From positions 1-34,374 of IMG/VR virus record IMGVR_UViG_3300017721_001436: 34,374 nt of DNA. One strand, written 5' to 3'. The DNA comes from a virus. Taxonomy: Duplodnaviria > Caudoviricetes. This document shows positions 9,139 to 18,825 of this stretch, one piece after another. The translations under genes and the position numbers were made by a program. The stretch's first letter is position 1, and each line of letters starts with the position of its first letter. Below the pieces are notes generated by a model. The model saw only the letters and a program-made list of their open reading frames with translations. It did no database searches and was not told the DNA's origin.

Positions 9139-9193
9139 ATTATACCCCAGTATCGCTTGGAATACAAGGGCAGTAGGCCAGTTTGCAAACTGG
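9139..9193 (-). promoter_or_regulatory. sigma70 early promoter with upstream 16-bp palindrome
   Basis: TTGTAT (9167-9162), 17 bp, TATAAT (9144-9139); perfect palindrome CCAGTTTGCAAACTGG at 9178-9193. Confidence 0.75.
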
Positions 9194-9194
9194 T

Positions 9195-9914
9195 TCAGTC
9201 CCCTTGGATATTTGGAAGAAATGTCTCGATTCTATTAATTTTTGATTGAGTCTCATTCTGACCCGCTTCGACAGCCCATATCTGAATCTCATACTCTGCA
9301 ATCTCATCCTTTAAAGTATCTGACTGACCTATAAGTGAGGATCTTCCAGATTGTGCATTTGATGCTTCAGTCAATTTAGCTTGTCTTTCTTCTTCTAATT
9401 CTGTACAAGTCTTTGCACATATACTGGGCATGAATATATTTTCATAAATCACACGCATAACAACACTAGAACCAGATCCAACAAAACTATCAACACCTTT
9501 CCCTAAATTCTGAGTATTGATTGTAGTGTCACTACCAACACCATTGGTTAAGTTTATAGTTCCAGCATCACCATAAGGATCATCCCCACCATAACCACCA
9601 CCACTTAGATTCTCCATTGATGCTTTTGCTACTTCATAATAAGTGGTCGATACACCAACAAAAACAGTAACACCAACACCAGCAACAGAACAACCACATC
9701 CAATTGCTGTGGAAACAATACCAACAGCTTCATCAATTAATCTATTATAATCAACAACAGACTGTGCTATCTTTTTATCAGGTGTAGATGCAAGAGTAAC
9801 TAACATAGGTACATACCTATTAGACTCTTTCTTTAGATTTTCTAATGCCACTATATCTTTCTTGAGGCGTGGCAGTTCGTCATCATATTTGTCCCTAAGT
9901 TCTTTCTTAGACAT
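9195..9914 (-). CDS. Hypothetical protein of the baseplate operon (coiled-coil ends, Gly/Cys-rich middle)
   Basis: About 239 aa ORF tightly packed after 9918..10778; ATG at 9914 preferred over TTG at 9917. Confidence 0.65.
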   Translation of the reverse strand: MSKKELRDKYDDELPRLKKDIVALENLKKESNRYVPMLVTLASTPDKKIAQSVVDYNRLIDEAVGIVSTAIGCGCSVAGVGVTVFVGVSTTYYEVAKASMENLSGGGYGGDDPYGDAGTINLTNGVGSDTTINTQNLGKGVDSFVGSGSSVVMRVIYENIFMPSICAKTCTELEEERQAKLTEASNAQSGRSSLIGQSDTLKDEIAEYEIQIWAVEAGQNETQSKINRIETFLPNIQGD

Positions 9915-9917
9915 CAA

Positions 9918-10778
9918 TCAAACCTCATTGTAGTTTATATATCTATCTTCAACACGACTACCATCACGCTTGATCTTAACAGGGGATTTTTTATATTCCA
10001 TATCATCACTACCTTTGTATTCAACAACTAAATCACCAATATCCTTTCTCTCCGCAGTAACATGATAAAAATATTCTAAATCTGCACATTGATGCCCAAC
10101 TATGATCTGATTGTTGGATATACTCTTAACATGTAGTGAACTACATGCTTTACCCATCGGTGTAAGTTGAACAGTAATTGAATTCTCGTGGACAAGATTT
10201 ACCCAATATTCTGGTAGTGGAATTACTTTATCTTTAGTCTTTCCCCTATAATATACACCAAACTCAGGTCCTTCTATACATGCATATGTGAGTCTATAAT
10301 CTTTTTTAGTGGGATGTTGAATATTAAATTGTTTAAAAGGTGCAGATACGGCTGCAAATGTCCCTAGTGGTGCTTTAACTTGTGTTGCAGATGTAATTGG
10401 TGCAGCAGTTAAGTTTTTACCAGCAGTTGTATGTGCAGATGCCTCAACACATGCGCCAGTGTTTATCTTAACAGCAGCAGATGTATCAATTGCAAGTTTG
10501 GTTGCAGCACCAACTACTTGTATGGTACCAACTTGAGTGTGGGCACCAATAAAGTTAGTCGCTCCAGTAACTTCCATAGAGAATGGAAGACCTAATCCTA
10601 ATGGTGGGCCAACAGAAACTGTTGCGCGATCAATGCCAATAGCAGGAACAGCACCAAAATATGCTGGACCATTAACTGTCAACAATCCAGGTAGTAATTT
10701 AGATAGTGTTAGATTGGTAGATGGAATAGCACCAACGTGAAGTTTTCCTGCTGTAAATGTAGAAAATGAACCAGCCAT
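9918..10778 (-). CDS. Baseplate/spike-associated protein with possible C-terminal intramolecular-chaperone-like domain
   Basis: 286 aa; small-residue beta-rich N half, then KQFNIQHP...LTYACIEGPEFGVYYRG...IPLPEYW...ITVQLTP...AERKDI, a module common at fibre and spike C-termini. Confidence 0.55.
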   Translation of the reverse strand: MAGSFSTFTAGKLHVGAIPSTNLTLSKLLPGLLTVNGPAYFGAVPAIGIDRATVSVGPPLGLGLPFSMEVTGATNFIGAHTQVGTIQVVGAATKLAIDTSAAVKINTGACVEASAHTTAGKNLTAAPITSATQVKAPLGTFAAVSAPFKQFNIQHPTKKDYRLTYACIEGPEFGVYYRGKTKDKVIPLPEYWVNLVHENSITVQLTPMGKACSSLHVKSISNNQIIVGHQCADLEYFYHVTAERKDIGDLVVEYKGSDDMEYKKSPVKIKRDGSRVEDRYINYNEV

Positions 10779-11359
10779 TATCTGAGACCTCTAATCTGAT
10801 TTGATACACCTTCTAATAATCCTGCCCAGCCACCACCAAGGAATGATGAAATAGTTCCTACGATTGATGGATGTCCTGCATTTTTCATATCACCTATCAT
10901 GTATAGAAAACCATTAGCGTCACACACAACATCTTTCTCAGCAGCAATTTGAACTTCACCACCTTGAATCCTAACAGTTTCATTAGTTACCATGGTAATA
11001 TTACCATTGGAAACAATATCAATGTTGCCATTAGGTGAGATGCCCTCAGCTTCAAATATAATATTCTTTCCTTTAAATTTTATATTACCATCGCAAAGGA
11101 CCACAAAATCACCATTTTCACATTTTATTAATTTAGATACCCCTTCCTCTAATACTTGAGCAGGTTTTGCATTAGTCACCTCCATAGAGGGACCATTAGT
11201 TATTCTTGTATGTCCACCATTTTGCCAATGTGTATCACAATTCCCAGCTCTAGTCCAAGTGGTTAGTTGTCTACCAGTCTCATGCTTATCAGTGCCAGGA
11301 CCAGTAAAGATGGTGGCAAATGGATTATCTAATAAACGGTAAGTTCTCTTTATCTTCAT
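10778..11359 (-). CDS. gp5-associated beta-helix/spike-like protein
   Basis: 193 aa, TGATG-coupled to the gp5-like gene; short-period beta repeats (GNIKFKGKNIIFEA, GNIDIVSNGNITMV). Confidence 0.5.
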   Translation of the reverse strand: MKIKRTYRLLDNPFATIFTGPGTDKHETGRQLTTWTRAGNCDTHWQNGGHTRITNGPSMEVTNAKPAQVLEEGVSKLIKCENGDFVVLCDGNIKFKGKNIIFEAEGISPNGNIDIVSNGNITMVTNETVRIQGGEVQIAAEKDVVCDANGFLYMIGDMKNAGHPSIVGTISSFLGGGWAGLLEGVSNQIRGLR

Positions 11360-13581
11360 CAGCTAGAAATACATTGTACAACTTGGAGGATACCTTCCTT
11401 AATACGTTTCCTGTCTTCTTCTTCAAATTCAGTTGCTTTTGTGAATGTTAAGACAGGTCTAAGTTCAACACCAACACCAGTAGCACTATTTATCGTAATA
11501 TCTGGAATATCAGTGAAACCACAGACATTACCAGAAACTTCCAATTTAACTAATTGTCCAGCCTCTGTATATCTTGCTATGAGTTCTAATCCATCAATCT
11601 CCTGACTGATGAATATTTCATCATTCTGATCATATCCAATACCAGTATTGATAACTAAAACTTCATCTAAACATCCAACAACAGGAACTGTAGGGAATCT
11701 AGTGGGATCATTCTCTCTAGGATATCCTGGTACAACTCCAGGAATACCAGAACCATCAGAACCATCAGAACCATCAGAACCACCAGGATCAGTTGTATTT
11801 CCTCCATTACCTCTATCAACTTTACTAGCATCACCATTAGGCAATTGAATAGTTTCTCTAGGATCAGGTCTATTTAAAGTATCCTCGGAAGGATCGAAAG
11901 TTGTTCTACCATTTGGAGAATCTATATATCCATAACCAGGATTTGTAATTATAATTTTTTGAAGGAATCCAAATTTAGCGTCTATAACACCATATCCAGC
12001 TGCGTTTCTACCATATCCACAGGGATCACGGAAAGTAACGAATGGGGGTCTAACATATCCAAGACCTTTATCTTCCAATACTGCACCAATAACTTGACCC
12101 GCCTGATTTACAACAGCAGATGCAAGCGCATTTGATCCCTTTCCACCAAATATTTGTATTTGTGGTGGACCACATTGTTCAGGTACAAGTTCACATGATG
12201 ATTTGCCAAGTACACCCTGCCCTGGAGAAGTGAAATCATCACTTAAACTAAATCCAGCACCATCTAACCATTCTGTAGCATCATCACTAATGTCTTTTAG
12301 ACTAATATCTTTTAAGAAATTTTGATAATCATCCACTGCGGCTGGAACTGGACCTCCCCATGGAGATGCTGTAAACTCTTTAACATCAAAACATTCTTTA
12401 TTAATACACAAGAAACCAAGCACCCCAAGAACTTGATCAATGGCATCCATTATTTGTCCACCAATCTCAAGAACACCGCTTAAGATATCATTAATCTCAC
12501 TAATAATTGGTTTGATAGCGTTATCAATATCTTGAATTATATTATTGAGAGTTGCATTTATGAACTGTTCAGCAGCACAAACTGGTGCTGCAAAAAATCT
12601 TCCAATAATAGCAGCAATGAAGTCTGCAATCAGTAAAGGCAATTTATCAATAACATCTTGAAATGCACAGAATAATGCGTCAAATATCTTTGCAATGATT
12701 GAGTCTTTAATATCTTTAAGAACATCGGTTAAGATAGCATCTAATGCATCTCTTAAAAGGTTGCGAAGTTTTCTGAGGATAAAGTTTCTGAGTCTCTGAA
12801 CTAGAGTTCTTATCACTGCAGCAATATTATTGATAACCGTTTGCAATTGGTCAGTTACATTTGCAATCGTATTTGCAGTTTCTACAACATATAGTTGATA
12901 ATATTTTTTTATTCCTCTCAATATAACAGTAAGTCTATTAAGTTCTACTTGTATTCTCGATACAACATTGCCGCAGTTATCTGGTCCAGGTGTCTTTTCA
13001 TCTAATTTATCAATCTCATTGGCAGCTGCCGCACTTACTCCAGGTTGTGCGTTATCATCTCCCCTAAGAGATGCTGACTCCTCGCCAGTTGGTTCCGCTG
13101 TTCCTCCCTGATTACTATTAAAAAAATTAACATTTGGATCTAATTTTGCTGCACCAATCCTCCATGTTGCGAAATTTGCTGGAGATATACTCTTAAAATT
13201 TGTTGACTTATTTTTTAATGCTTCTGGTATTGTTGTCCCACTAGTATTTACATATCTATCAATAATTCCAGTAATAACTGGTTGTTGACCTTCCTCGCCA
13301 TCGAGATAAAACCCAATTACCGTTTCCCCACCGACAATACCACTACTTTGCCTATTATCATATCCAGATTCAACAGACTTTGATATTAAAGCATGAAACA
13401 ACTCATCGTCGGGCAAAATTGCCCCATCTCCAGTATCGGAGCCCATGATTCTAACACGTACTCTTTCACCCCAACCTTCACTAGTTGGAGTTTGTCCAGG
13501 TGGAACTTGTGCAATAAACCACCTATATCCATCCATTCCTATGAATGAATTTCTGATGAATACGTCGTTAACTACACTCAT
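11359..13581 (-). CDS. gp5: Baseplate hub subunit, gp5-like (N-terminal OB domain), no recognisable lysozyme domain
   Basis: 740 aa; WFIAQV...RVRVRIMG...GETVIGFYLDGEEGQQPVITG match the gp5/VgrG OB-fold; position in the baseplate operon. Confidence 0.75.
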   Translation of the reverse strand: MSVVNDVFIRNSFIGMDGYRWFIAQVPPGQTPTSEGWGERVRVRIMGSDTGDGAILPDDELFHALISKSVESGYDNRQSSGIVGGETVIGFYLDGEEGQQPVITGIIDRYVNTSGTTIPEALKNKSTNFKSISPANFATWRIGAAKLDPNVNFFNSNQGGTAEPTGEESASLRGDDNAQPGVSAAAANEIDKLDEKTPGPDNCGNVVSRIQVELNRLTVILRGIKKYYQLYVVETANTIANVTDQLQTVINNIAAVIRTLVQRLRNFILRKLRNLLRDALDAILTDVLKDIKDSIIAKIFDALFCAFQDVIDKLPLLIADFIAAIIGRFFAAPVCAAEQFINATLNNIIQDIDNAIKPIISEINDILSGVLEIGGQIMDAIDQVLGVLGFLCINKECFDVKEFTASPWGGPVPAAVDDYQNFLKDISLKDISDDATEWLDGAGFSLSDDFTSPGQGVLGKSSCELVPEQCGPPQIQIFGGKGSNALASAVVNQAGQVIGAVLEDKGLGYVRPPFVTFRDPCGYGRNAAGYGVIDAKFGFLQKIIITNPGYGYIDSPNGRTTFDPSEDTLNRPDPRETIQLPNGDASKVDRGNGGNTTDPGGSDGSDGSDGSGIPGVVPGYPRENDPTRFPTVPVVGCLDEVLVINTGIGYDQNDEIFISQEIDGLELIARYTEAGQLVKLEVSGNVCGFTDIPDITINSATGVGVELRPVLTFTKATEFEEEDRKRIKEGILQVVQCISS
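11750..11782. repeat. 9-bp tandem repeat (gaaccatca) x3 plus partial copy, encoding a GSD linker
   Basis: Read directly; protein GGSDGSDGSDGSG. Confidence 0.85.
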
Positions 13582-13586
13582 GTTTA

Positions 13587-13814
13587 TTAGTCTTCGTAGA
13601 TTCTACATTCATCTGCATCTGGTTCCATTTCACAGTACAATTCTAATGCTGTAGGATCGTGATGATCACCTGCTTCAATTTCTTCTTTGTGGTTTTTTGC
13701 ATAAACTTCAAGTTCATGAAGTTCACCTTCGATATGACGACGTTGGTTAGGAGAAGTCAAAGGATTGTCAAGGATCTCTTTGTCCTTAGCAATATGTGTT
13801 TCGATGTTTTTCAT
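13587..13814 (-). CDS. cp12: CP12, Calvin cycle inhibitor (auxiliary metabolic gene)
   Basis: 75 aa ending DPTALELYCEMEPDADECRIYED, the CP12 C-terminal Cys-pair motif; typical cyanophage form without the N-terminal Cys pair. Confidence 0.92.
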   Translation of the reverse strand: MKNIETHIAKDKEILDNPLTSPNQRRHIEGELHELEVYAKNHKEEIEAGDHHDPTALELYCEMEPDADECRIYED

Positions 13815-13819
13815 AGTTT

Positions 13820-15109
13820 TTACTGTTTTCTACCGTATGTATCTCTAACAATTTGTAGTGATGTGTACGCTGACTCTGCTGATGAATAGTGGCATAATTC
13901 TTTAATCAAATATTTTCCACTAATTTCTGCATCTATTTCAGATGAACCAGTTTTTGGAAAATCGCATAATATTAAATTACCAACCGTCAAATCTAGATTC
14001 ATAGGTACTATAATATTTATAACCTGATTCAAAATGGTATTATATCTCATAGTTGTTTGAGAAATAATATTTTCAAGTTGTTCTTCTAAACTTTTATCAG
14101 TATAGTCTATACTACCTCGTTTTACAACACCAACAAAATTTCTACTTGGCTTTAAAAAATCTCCATCAAGAGTACTATTAACAGTACTATTTCCAAGATT
14201 ATCCATTTTGTCTCTGTAATCTTCTGGACCATAATCTAAATTAATTTCAGCAATTGATCCTGTATATGGATCGAAAAAAGTTCTCTTCGATGAAAAAACT
14301 CCAAACTGCAAATTTTCAAGCAAATCATTATTTTCTATCACATTTTTTGCAAGTATTTTTTCTTTAGGATCGGTTCCTTTAGGATCATATGTGCTGAGAA
14401 TCGCATTAATTTCTCTATAATTTGCTACAATTTCTTCTTTAATCAATCCATCAATTGATCTGAAGTTGATACCATTTTGAGTCTCATAAAAAACAAATCC
14501 AGCACTATTTGAAACTGTAGATTCGGGAATTGCTTTCGATGCTAGACTGAATATAACAGTAAAAGGTTTTTTACCATTGCCCTTATAAGTTATATTTCCA
14601 ACCGATGGTTCAACATTATTAATATTTGAAATAATATCCAAATTTTTATCAAGAATATCAAGTACATGTCCTGTTGCTGTTTTATTCCTGAGAACTTTTT
14701 CTACTCTATTCACATTATCAGTTACAGCAGATTTTGAAATCATATGTAAGGTGAATGACTCTCTATTGTTATTACTAGAAATATTTGATATTCTATTGAT
14801 GAATAATCTTGCAGATTGTAATTCTAATCCTCCAATAGAATTTTCATGAGTCATTAAAATTTCAATATCTTCTCCTCCTTTCAAAGGAACACCACTAATT
14901 AAAGTCGTTCGATTAGAACCATTTTTATCAATCTGAACATTACCAGTTGCCATAATTGTTGCAGTGGCAGTCAAGATAGGAGAATAAAGATCTTCATAAT
15001 ATCTAAATTCCACTACAGACGATGAAATATCAATAGACTGCTCTATTCCACGATCGTTTTTTGTAATAATATTAAACTTTGAATAATTTGCTGAATCTAA
15101 AGCTGCCAT
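13820..15109 (-). CDS. Baseplate hub protein (gp27/gpD-like, inferred)
   Basis: 429 aa; YYEDLYSP, GFVFYETQNGINFRSID and SGKYLIKELCH motifs resemble phage hub proteins; lies between the tape-measure-like genes and gp5. Confidence 0.6.
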   Translation of the reverse strand: MAALDSANYSKFNIITKNDRGIEQSIDISSSVVEFRYYEDLYSPILTATATIMATGNVQIDKNGSNRTTLISGVPLKGGEDIEILMTHENSIGGLELQSARLFINRISNISSNNNRESFTLHMISKSAVTDNVNRVEKVLRNKTATGHVLDILDKNLDIISNINNVEPSVGNITYKGNGKKPFTVIFSLASKAIPESTVSNSAGFVFYETQNGINFRSIDGLIKEEIVANYREINAILSTYDPKGTDPKEKILAKNVIENNDLLENLQFGVFSSKRTFFDPYTGSIAEINLDYGPEDYRDKMDNLGNSTVNSTLDGDFLKPSRNFVGVVKRGSIDYTDKSLEEQLENIISQTTMRYNTILNQVINIIVPMNLDLTVGNLILCDFPKTGSSEIDAEISGKYLIKELCHYSSAESAYTSLQIVRDTYGRKQ

Positions 15110-17040
15110 TATGCGTGTGCAAGTTTGATTTTCATAATTCTATTTAACAAATCTTCTTTAGATGTAACCATCATTCCAGAAGAATTTTCACTAGCAACCG
15201 TTTGAGATTGTGATGCGGGTGGAGTAATTATGGTTGTAGATCCACCTTCTCTAGTTTTCATCGTTGGTCCTAGATATCCAATCTCTTTTCCTAAATGTGT
15301 TTTTACCCAATCAATAGGGTCAACTTGATTACCAGCTGGTCCAATCTCCCAATGTAAATGAGGGCCTTCTGAGTTACCAGTGCTACCAACATTGCCGAGG
15401 AGATCTCCTGCATTAAATTCTTGACCAACTTGTAATAACGAAGGTACTTTCATATGTGCGAATAGGTGCAATTGATTATAAACAGAATCTCTCCACTCTA
15501 TCAAATTGCCATATCCAGGATCAAATTTATTTTGTGTGATTTTTCCAGGTAGATATGCATATAAACCTGTGCCGCTATTTGCAGCAATATCAATACCTCG
15601 GTGATCTCGGCCAAAACGCTTACCCATTGCGGATACAATTTCAGCACCTCCAGTTTCTCCTGGCATAAATGGAGAATTACTAATAGAAACAGATGTTCTT
15701 GCTGGTCTATTACCTACTGAAGATCCAGTATTACCACTTACAGGAGCACCATTGAATTGAGGTTCTGGTCTAGATACAGATTTAGTTCTAGACTTAATTT
15801 CTTCAGGTGGTTCAGCTGCAATATATTTGTTTTTTCCTGTCTGTGCATATTGTCTTGATCCAGGACCTACAAAGTTTCCAAATTGATTATCATTTTGATT
15901 TCTTTGTCTTATCTCAGTAGAACTATTATCTGGTTTTGATAGTTTAGCGCCATGAAAATCTGTTCTCCCTTCAACCCAACTTCTTGCATTTCTCTGTAGC
16001 GTTTTATTTGTCAATGCTGCTAATGTAGCATCAACTTCTCTAGAAGCTATTTCCCTTGAGAGACCATCTGATTTCATTAATGCCTTAATGGCACCTTCTC
16101 TATCTTCAATTTCACGAAATTCTTTAGGTGCTCTACGCACAGGTTCATATTGTGACCCATTTCCTTGTAAGATTAGTCCCCTAATTGATCCACCTTGAAA
16201 TCCAAACTTAGCACCAGCTCTTTTTCTATTATAAATTGACTGCGCTACATCTGCACGACCCTGTGGATCACTATCTTCTAGAGCAGAAATAGCAACTAAT
16301 GTCCAAAAATCTGCATTTTTACTCGATGATTGTTGCTGTTGCTGTTGTGCTTGACCCTGACCTGATCCATCTGGATTGCCACCAGGACCATAATATTCTT
16401 GACCTGATTGTTGTGCTCCAGGGAATGGAATACCCAAATATTCAAATATAGTTTTCGGCAAATTTTCTTTTATCCAGTTAAAACTTTCAGAAAAAGAATC
16501 TCTTAGTTGTATAAATTTACTTTCTAAATCATTAGCAATATTTGATATAGTGACTTTTACATTCTCAAAATTAAAATTTTGCCTGATAAAATTATAACTA
16601 TTCTCTGCAAATTGCTTAAGAGGTTTTAATTGATTGAAAGTATTACTTAAAAATTTTTTCCCCGATGATACAATAGACTGAATTTTTTCCTTCAATCTAA
16701 TTACATTATCCCTAATTATAGGATAATTTTGAATTAACCAACCCAAAAATAGAGAGCCAACTGCTCCCATAATTCTTCCAAGGAATCCTTTTCCTTTGTT
16801 GACAAGATAGGATACTCCACCAGTAGATAGTGATTTTAATTTACTTGCTTCTAAAGATTCTTCTCTTTGTCGTCTCTTCTTTTTTTGTTCAAATATATAA
16901 GTAACTCTTTTTTCATCAGCAAATAATTTTTGACTAGAGATCCTTTTTTTCTTAACAACAGAGGTAAGGTTGGTAGAGGATTTTCTAGCAAAGATGCTAC
17001 TTCTTCCTAATGATGCTATATTTTGATTTAGTGTACTCAT
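15109..17040 (-). CDS. Tape-measure/hub-like protein with SleB-like cell-wall hydrolase and M23 peptidase domains
   Basis: 643 aa; helical N-terminus; LVAISALE...ADVAQSIYNR...QYEP (SleB/Hydrolase_2-like); HRGIDIA...GYGN...AHM...GSTGNSEGPHLHWE (M23 HxxxD and HxH). Confidence 0.75.
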   Translation of the reverse strand: MSTLNQNIASLGRSSIFARKSSTNLTSVVKKKRISSQKLFADEKRVTYIFEQKKKRRQREESLEASKLKSLSTGGVSYLVNKGKGFLGRIMGAVGSLFLGWLIQNYPIIRDNVIRLKEKIQSIVSSGKKFLSNTFNQLKPLKQFAENSYNFIRQNFNFENVKVTISNIANDLESKFIQLRDSFSESFNWIKENLPKTIFEYLGIPFPGAQQSGQEYYGPGGNPDGSGQGQAQQQQQQSSSKNADFWTLVAISALEDSDPQGRADVAQSIYNRKRAGAKFGFQGGSIRGLILQGNGSQYEPVRRAPKEFREIEDREGAIKALMKSDGLSREIASREVDATLAALTNKTLQRNARSWVEGRTDFHGAKLSKPDNSSTEIRQRNQNDNQFGNFVGPGSRQYAQTGKNKYIAAEPPEEIKSRTKSVSRPEPQFNGAPVSGNTGSSVGNRPARTSVSISNSPFMPGETGGAEIVSAMGKRFGRDHRGIDIAANSGTGLYAYLPGKITQNKFDPGYGNLIEWRDSVYNQLHLFAHMKVPSLLQVGQEFNAGDLLGNVGSTGNSEGPHLHWEIGPAGNQVDPIDWVKTHLGKEIGYLGPTMKTREGGSTTIITPPASQSQTVASENSSGMMVTSKEDLLNRIMKIKLAHA

Positions 17041-17042
17041 AA

Positions 17043-18656
17043 TCAGAACCTCACATTATAGATAGATCTTGCTAAATCATTAAATGGATTATCTGGATTT
17101 TTAGTTGGAATTACAGGAATAAGAGTAGGAACACCAATATTAGCAGAAGATGTATTTGAATCATTGGAATCAAAAACAATAGATGCTATGTTGGATGCAT
17201 CATCAAAATCAAATCCAGATCTGACCAGACCTTGTATCATTGATTGTTTTTCAGGATTAGGAGTTGTAGTAACAAGTCCATTATTATTTTGAGACTCAGA
17301 ATTTCCACTAATAAGGTCATTATATGATTGATTGCGATCAAATGGGTTAATGTCAAGTTTGCCAAAAGCCTTTTCAGCAACATCTAAGTAATAATTTCTC
17401 CTAGATTGAGCATCAGGTGTATCATCTATTGTCATATATGTTACTTGTCTCAACGCAGCTTCAAGCAACTCCGCGTTTTTTCCATCTGGACTTATTGTTT
17501 GTTCTCCAGAAATAATTTTTCTAGAATCCAAGATTGGAGCACCAAATGGATTTTGGAACATTCCAGTCTTTTTAACTTCAAATTGACCACCTTCAAAAAT
17601 TTGTAATTTATAATCTTTCATAGGACTACCCTCTCTATCATATAATTCAAAGGTTCCTTGCCCTTCTTGTTTAAATTGGCCAAATAACTTATCAAACAAT
17701 GCAGCGGATTCAGTTCCCGCAAATGAAGCTGCACCAACACCAGCAGGTATAGAAAATACAAGTCCAGCACCTGTAAGTGCTAATCCTTTTGCAACTAATG
17801 CACCTGTACCATATGCAGCGCCAGAAACAAGTAGTGATTTTAGTGCTGATAATTTTTTATCGTATCCTTCTTCCCTACCACCCTTAAATTCAAGAGTTCC
17901 ACCAAGACCTAGCAAAGCTCTGCCAAACAATCTGCCAAGTCTTGTCCTTATTTTACCTTTTCCAAGACCTTTTACTTTTGGTTTTCCTTTCTCTGCTCTG
18001 GGTACTCTCCCAGGTCCTTTAAATTTGCCCTTTCCACTTCCAGGACGTAACTTAAATAATGATTTTAAAAGTTTGAATGGGGATAAGACAAGAAACTTGC
18101 CAATTTTAAAAGCAAGCGATCCCATTATTTTGGCAATTCTAAAGAAATTACCATCAAGAATCGACATGACGCCTACTGCTAGGCCCACCCCTTTTATTAT
18201 TTCCCCACCAAACTTTTTAAGTCTTTCATTAAAAGTTCCACCTTCCTTATCGAACAACTTGATAAGTTTATCAGTAAGCCATCCACCAAAGAGAAGAAGT
18301 AAAGCCCTCTTTAAACTCTCTAATGGACCTGCAATAGTTTTGGTTGCGACGTTTATTGGTCTTTTGACCGCCGCAACTACAGAACCTTCTAATGATTTCT
18401 CTGCACCACCAAAAGATTCTTTCTCTGCTAATCTAATTCTTCTTCTTTTCTCTCCCCTAATTCTAGTAGTACTAAGTCTATCTTCACGTACTAATGCACT
18501 AGCAACTGTCTGTATATTATTCCCTACTGCTATAATATTCTGATTAATTGAAACTAATTGTTTAGATACTAGTTCATCTCCTCCCCTATTAGAAGTTAAG
18601 AGTGATGAGGGTCTACCTCGAATCACTGATGGTTTTACTAGGAGATTAGATGCCAT
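17043..18656 (-). CDS. Tape-measure-like / baseplate hub protein
   Basis: 537 aa; amphipathic helices, K/G-rich basic segment, Ala/Gly-rich hydrophobic stretch (LALTGAGLVFSIPAGVGAASFAG); follows gp26/gp51. Confidence 0.55.
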   Translation of the reverse strand: MASNLLVKPSVIRGRPSSLLTSNRGGDELVSKQLVSINQNIIAVGNNIQTVASALVREDRLSTTRIRGEKRRRIRLAEKESFGGAEKSLEGSVVAAVKRPINVATKTIAGPLESLKRALLLLFGGWLTDKLIKLFDKEGGTFNERLKKFGGEIIKGVGLAVGVMSILDGNFFRIAKIMGSLAFKIGKFLVLSPFKLLKSLFKLRPGSGKGKFKGPGRVPRAEKGKPKVKGLGKGKIRTRLGRLFGRALLGLGGTLEFKGGREEGYDKKLSALKSLLVSGAAYGTGALVAKGLALTGAGLVFSIPAGVGAASFAGTESAALFDKLFGQFKQEGQGTFELYDREGSPMKDYKLQIFEGGQFEVKKTGMFQNPFGAPILDSRKIISGEQTISPDGKNAELLEAALRQVTYMTIDDTPDAQSRRNYYLDVAEKAFGKLDINPFDRNQSYNDLISGNSESQNNNGLVTTTPNPEKQSMIQGLVRSGFDFDDASNIASIVFDSNDSNTSSANIGVPTLIPVIPTKNPDNPFNDLARSIYNVRF

Positions 18657-18825
18657 TTTTCTGTTTATACCTCAATTCCTCTTCTTCTAAGTACGTTGTG
18701 AGTAGAGAAATATAAACATCTCTTTCCCACGGCATCATATTTTCTAACTCTGTCAAGCTGTATTTATGGTGCTGCATCAATGCAAAATTCGTCTGGTAGT
18801 ATGAGGACAGATTCTCATGCGCCAG
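18646..18825 (-). CDS. gp51: gp51-like baseplate hub assembly ORF missing from the ORF track; probably the -1 frameshift extension of gp26
   Basis: Manual translation LAHENLSSYYQTNFALMQHHKYSLTELENMMPWERDVYISLLTTYLEEEELRYKQKNGI*; begins at CTG, first ATG only at 18777; open in the -1 frame back through the gp26 slippery site. Confidence 0.8.
   Translation of the reverse strand: MAHENLSSYYQTNFALMQHHKYSLTELENMMPWERDVYISLLTTYLEEEELRYKQKNGI
18761..18767 (-). promoter_or_regulatory. Candidate late promoter ATAAATA inside the gp51-like ORF
   Basis: CATAAATA on minus strand about 105 bp upstream of the ATG at 18656; could simply be H-K-Y coding sequence. Confidence 0.4.
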
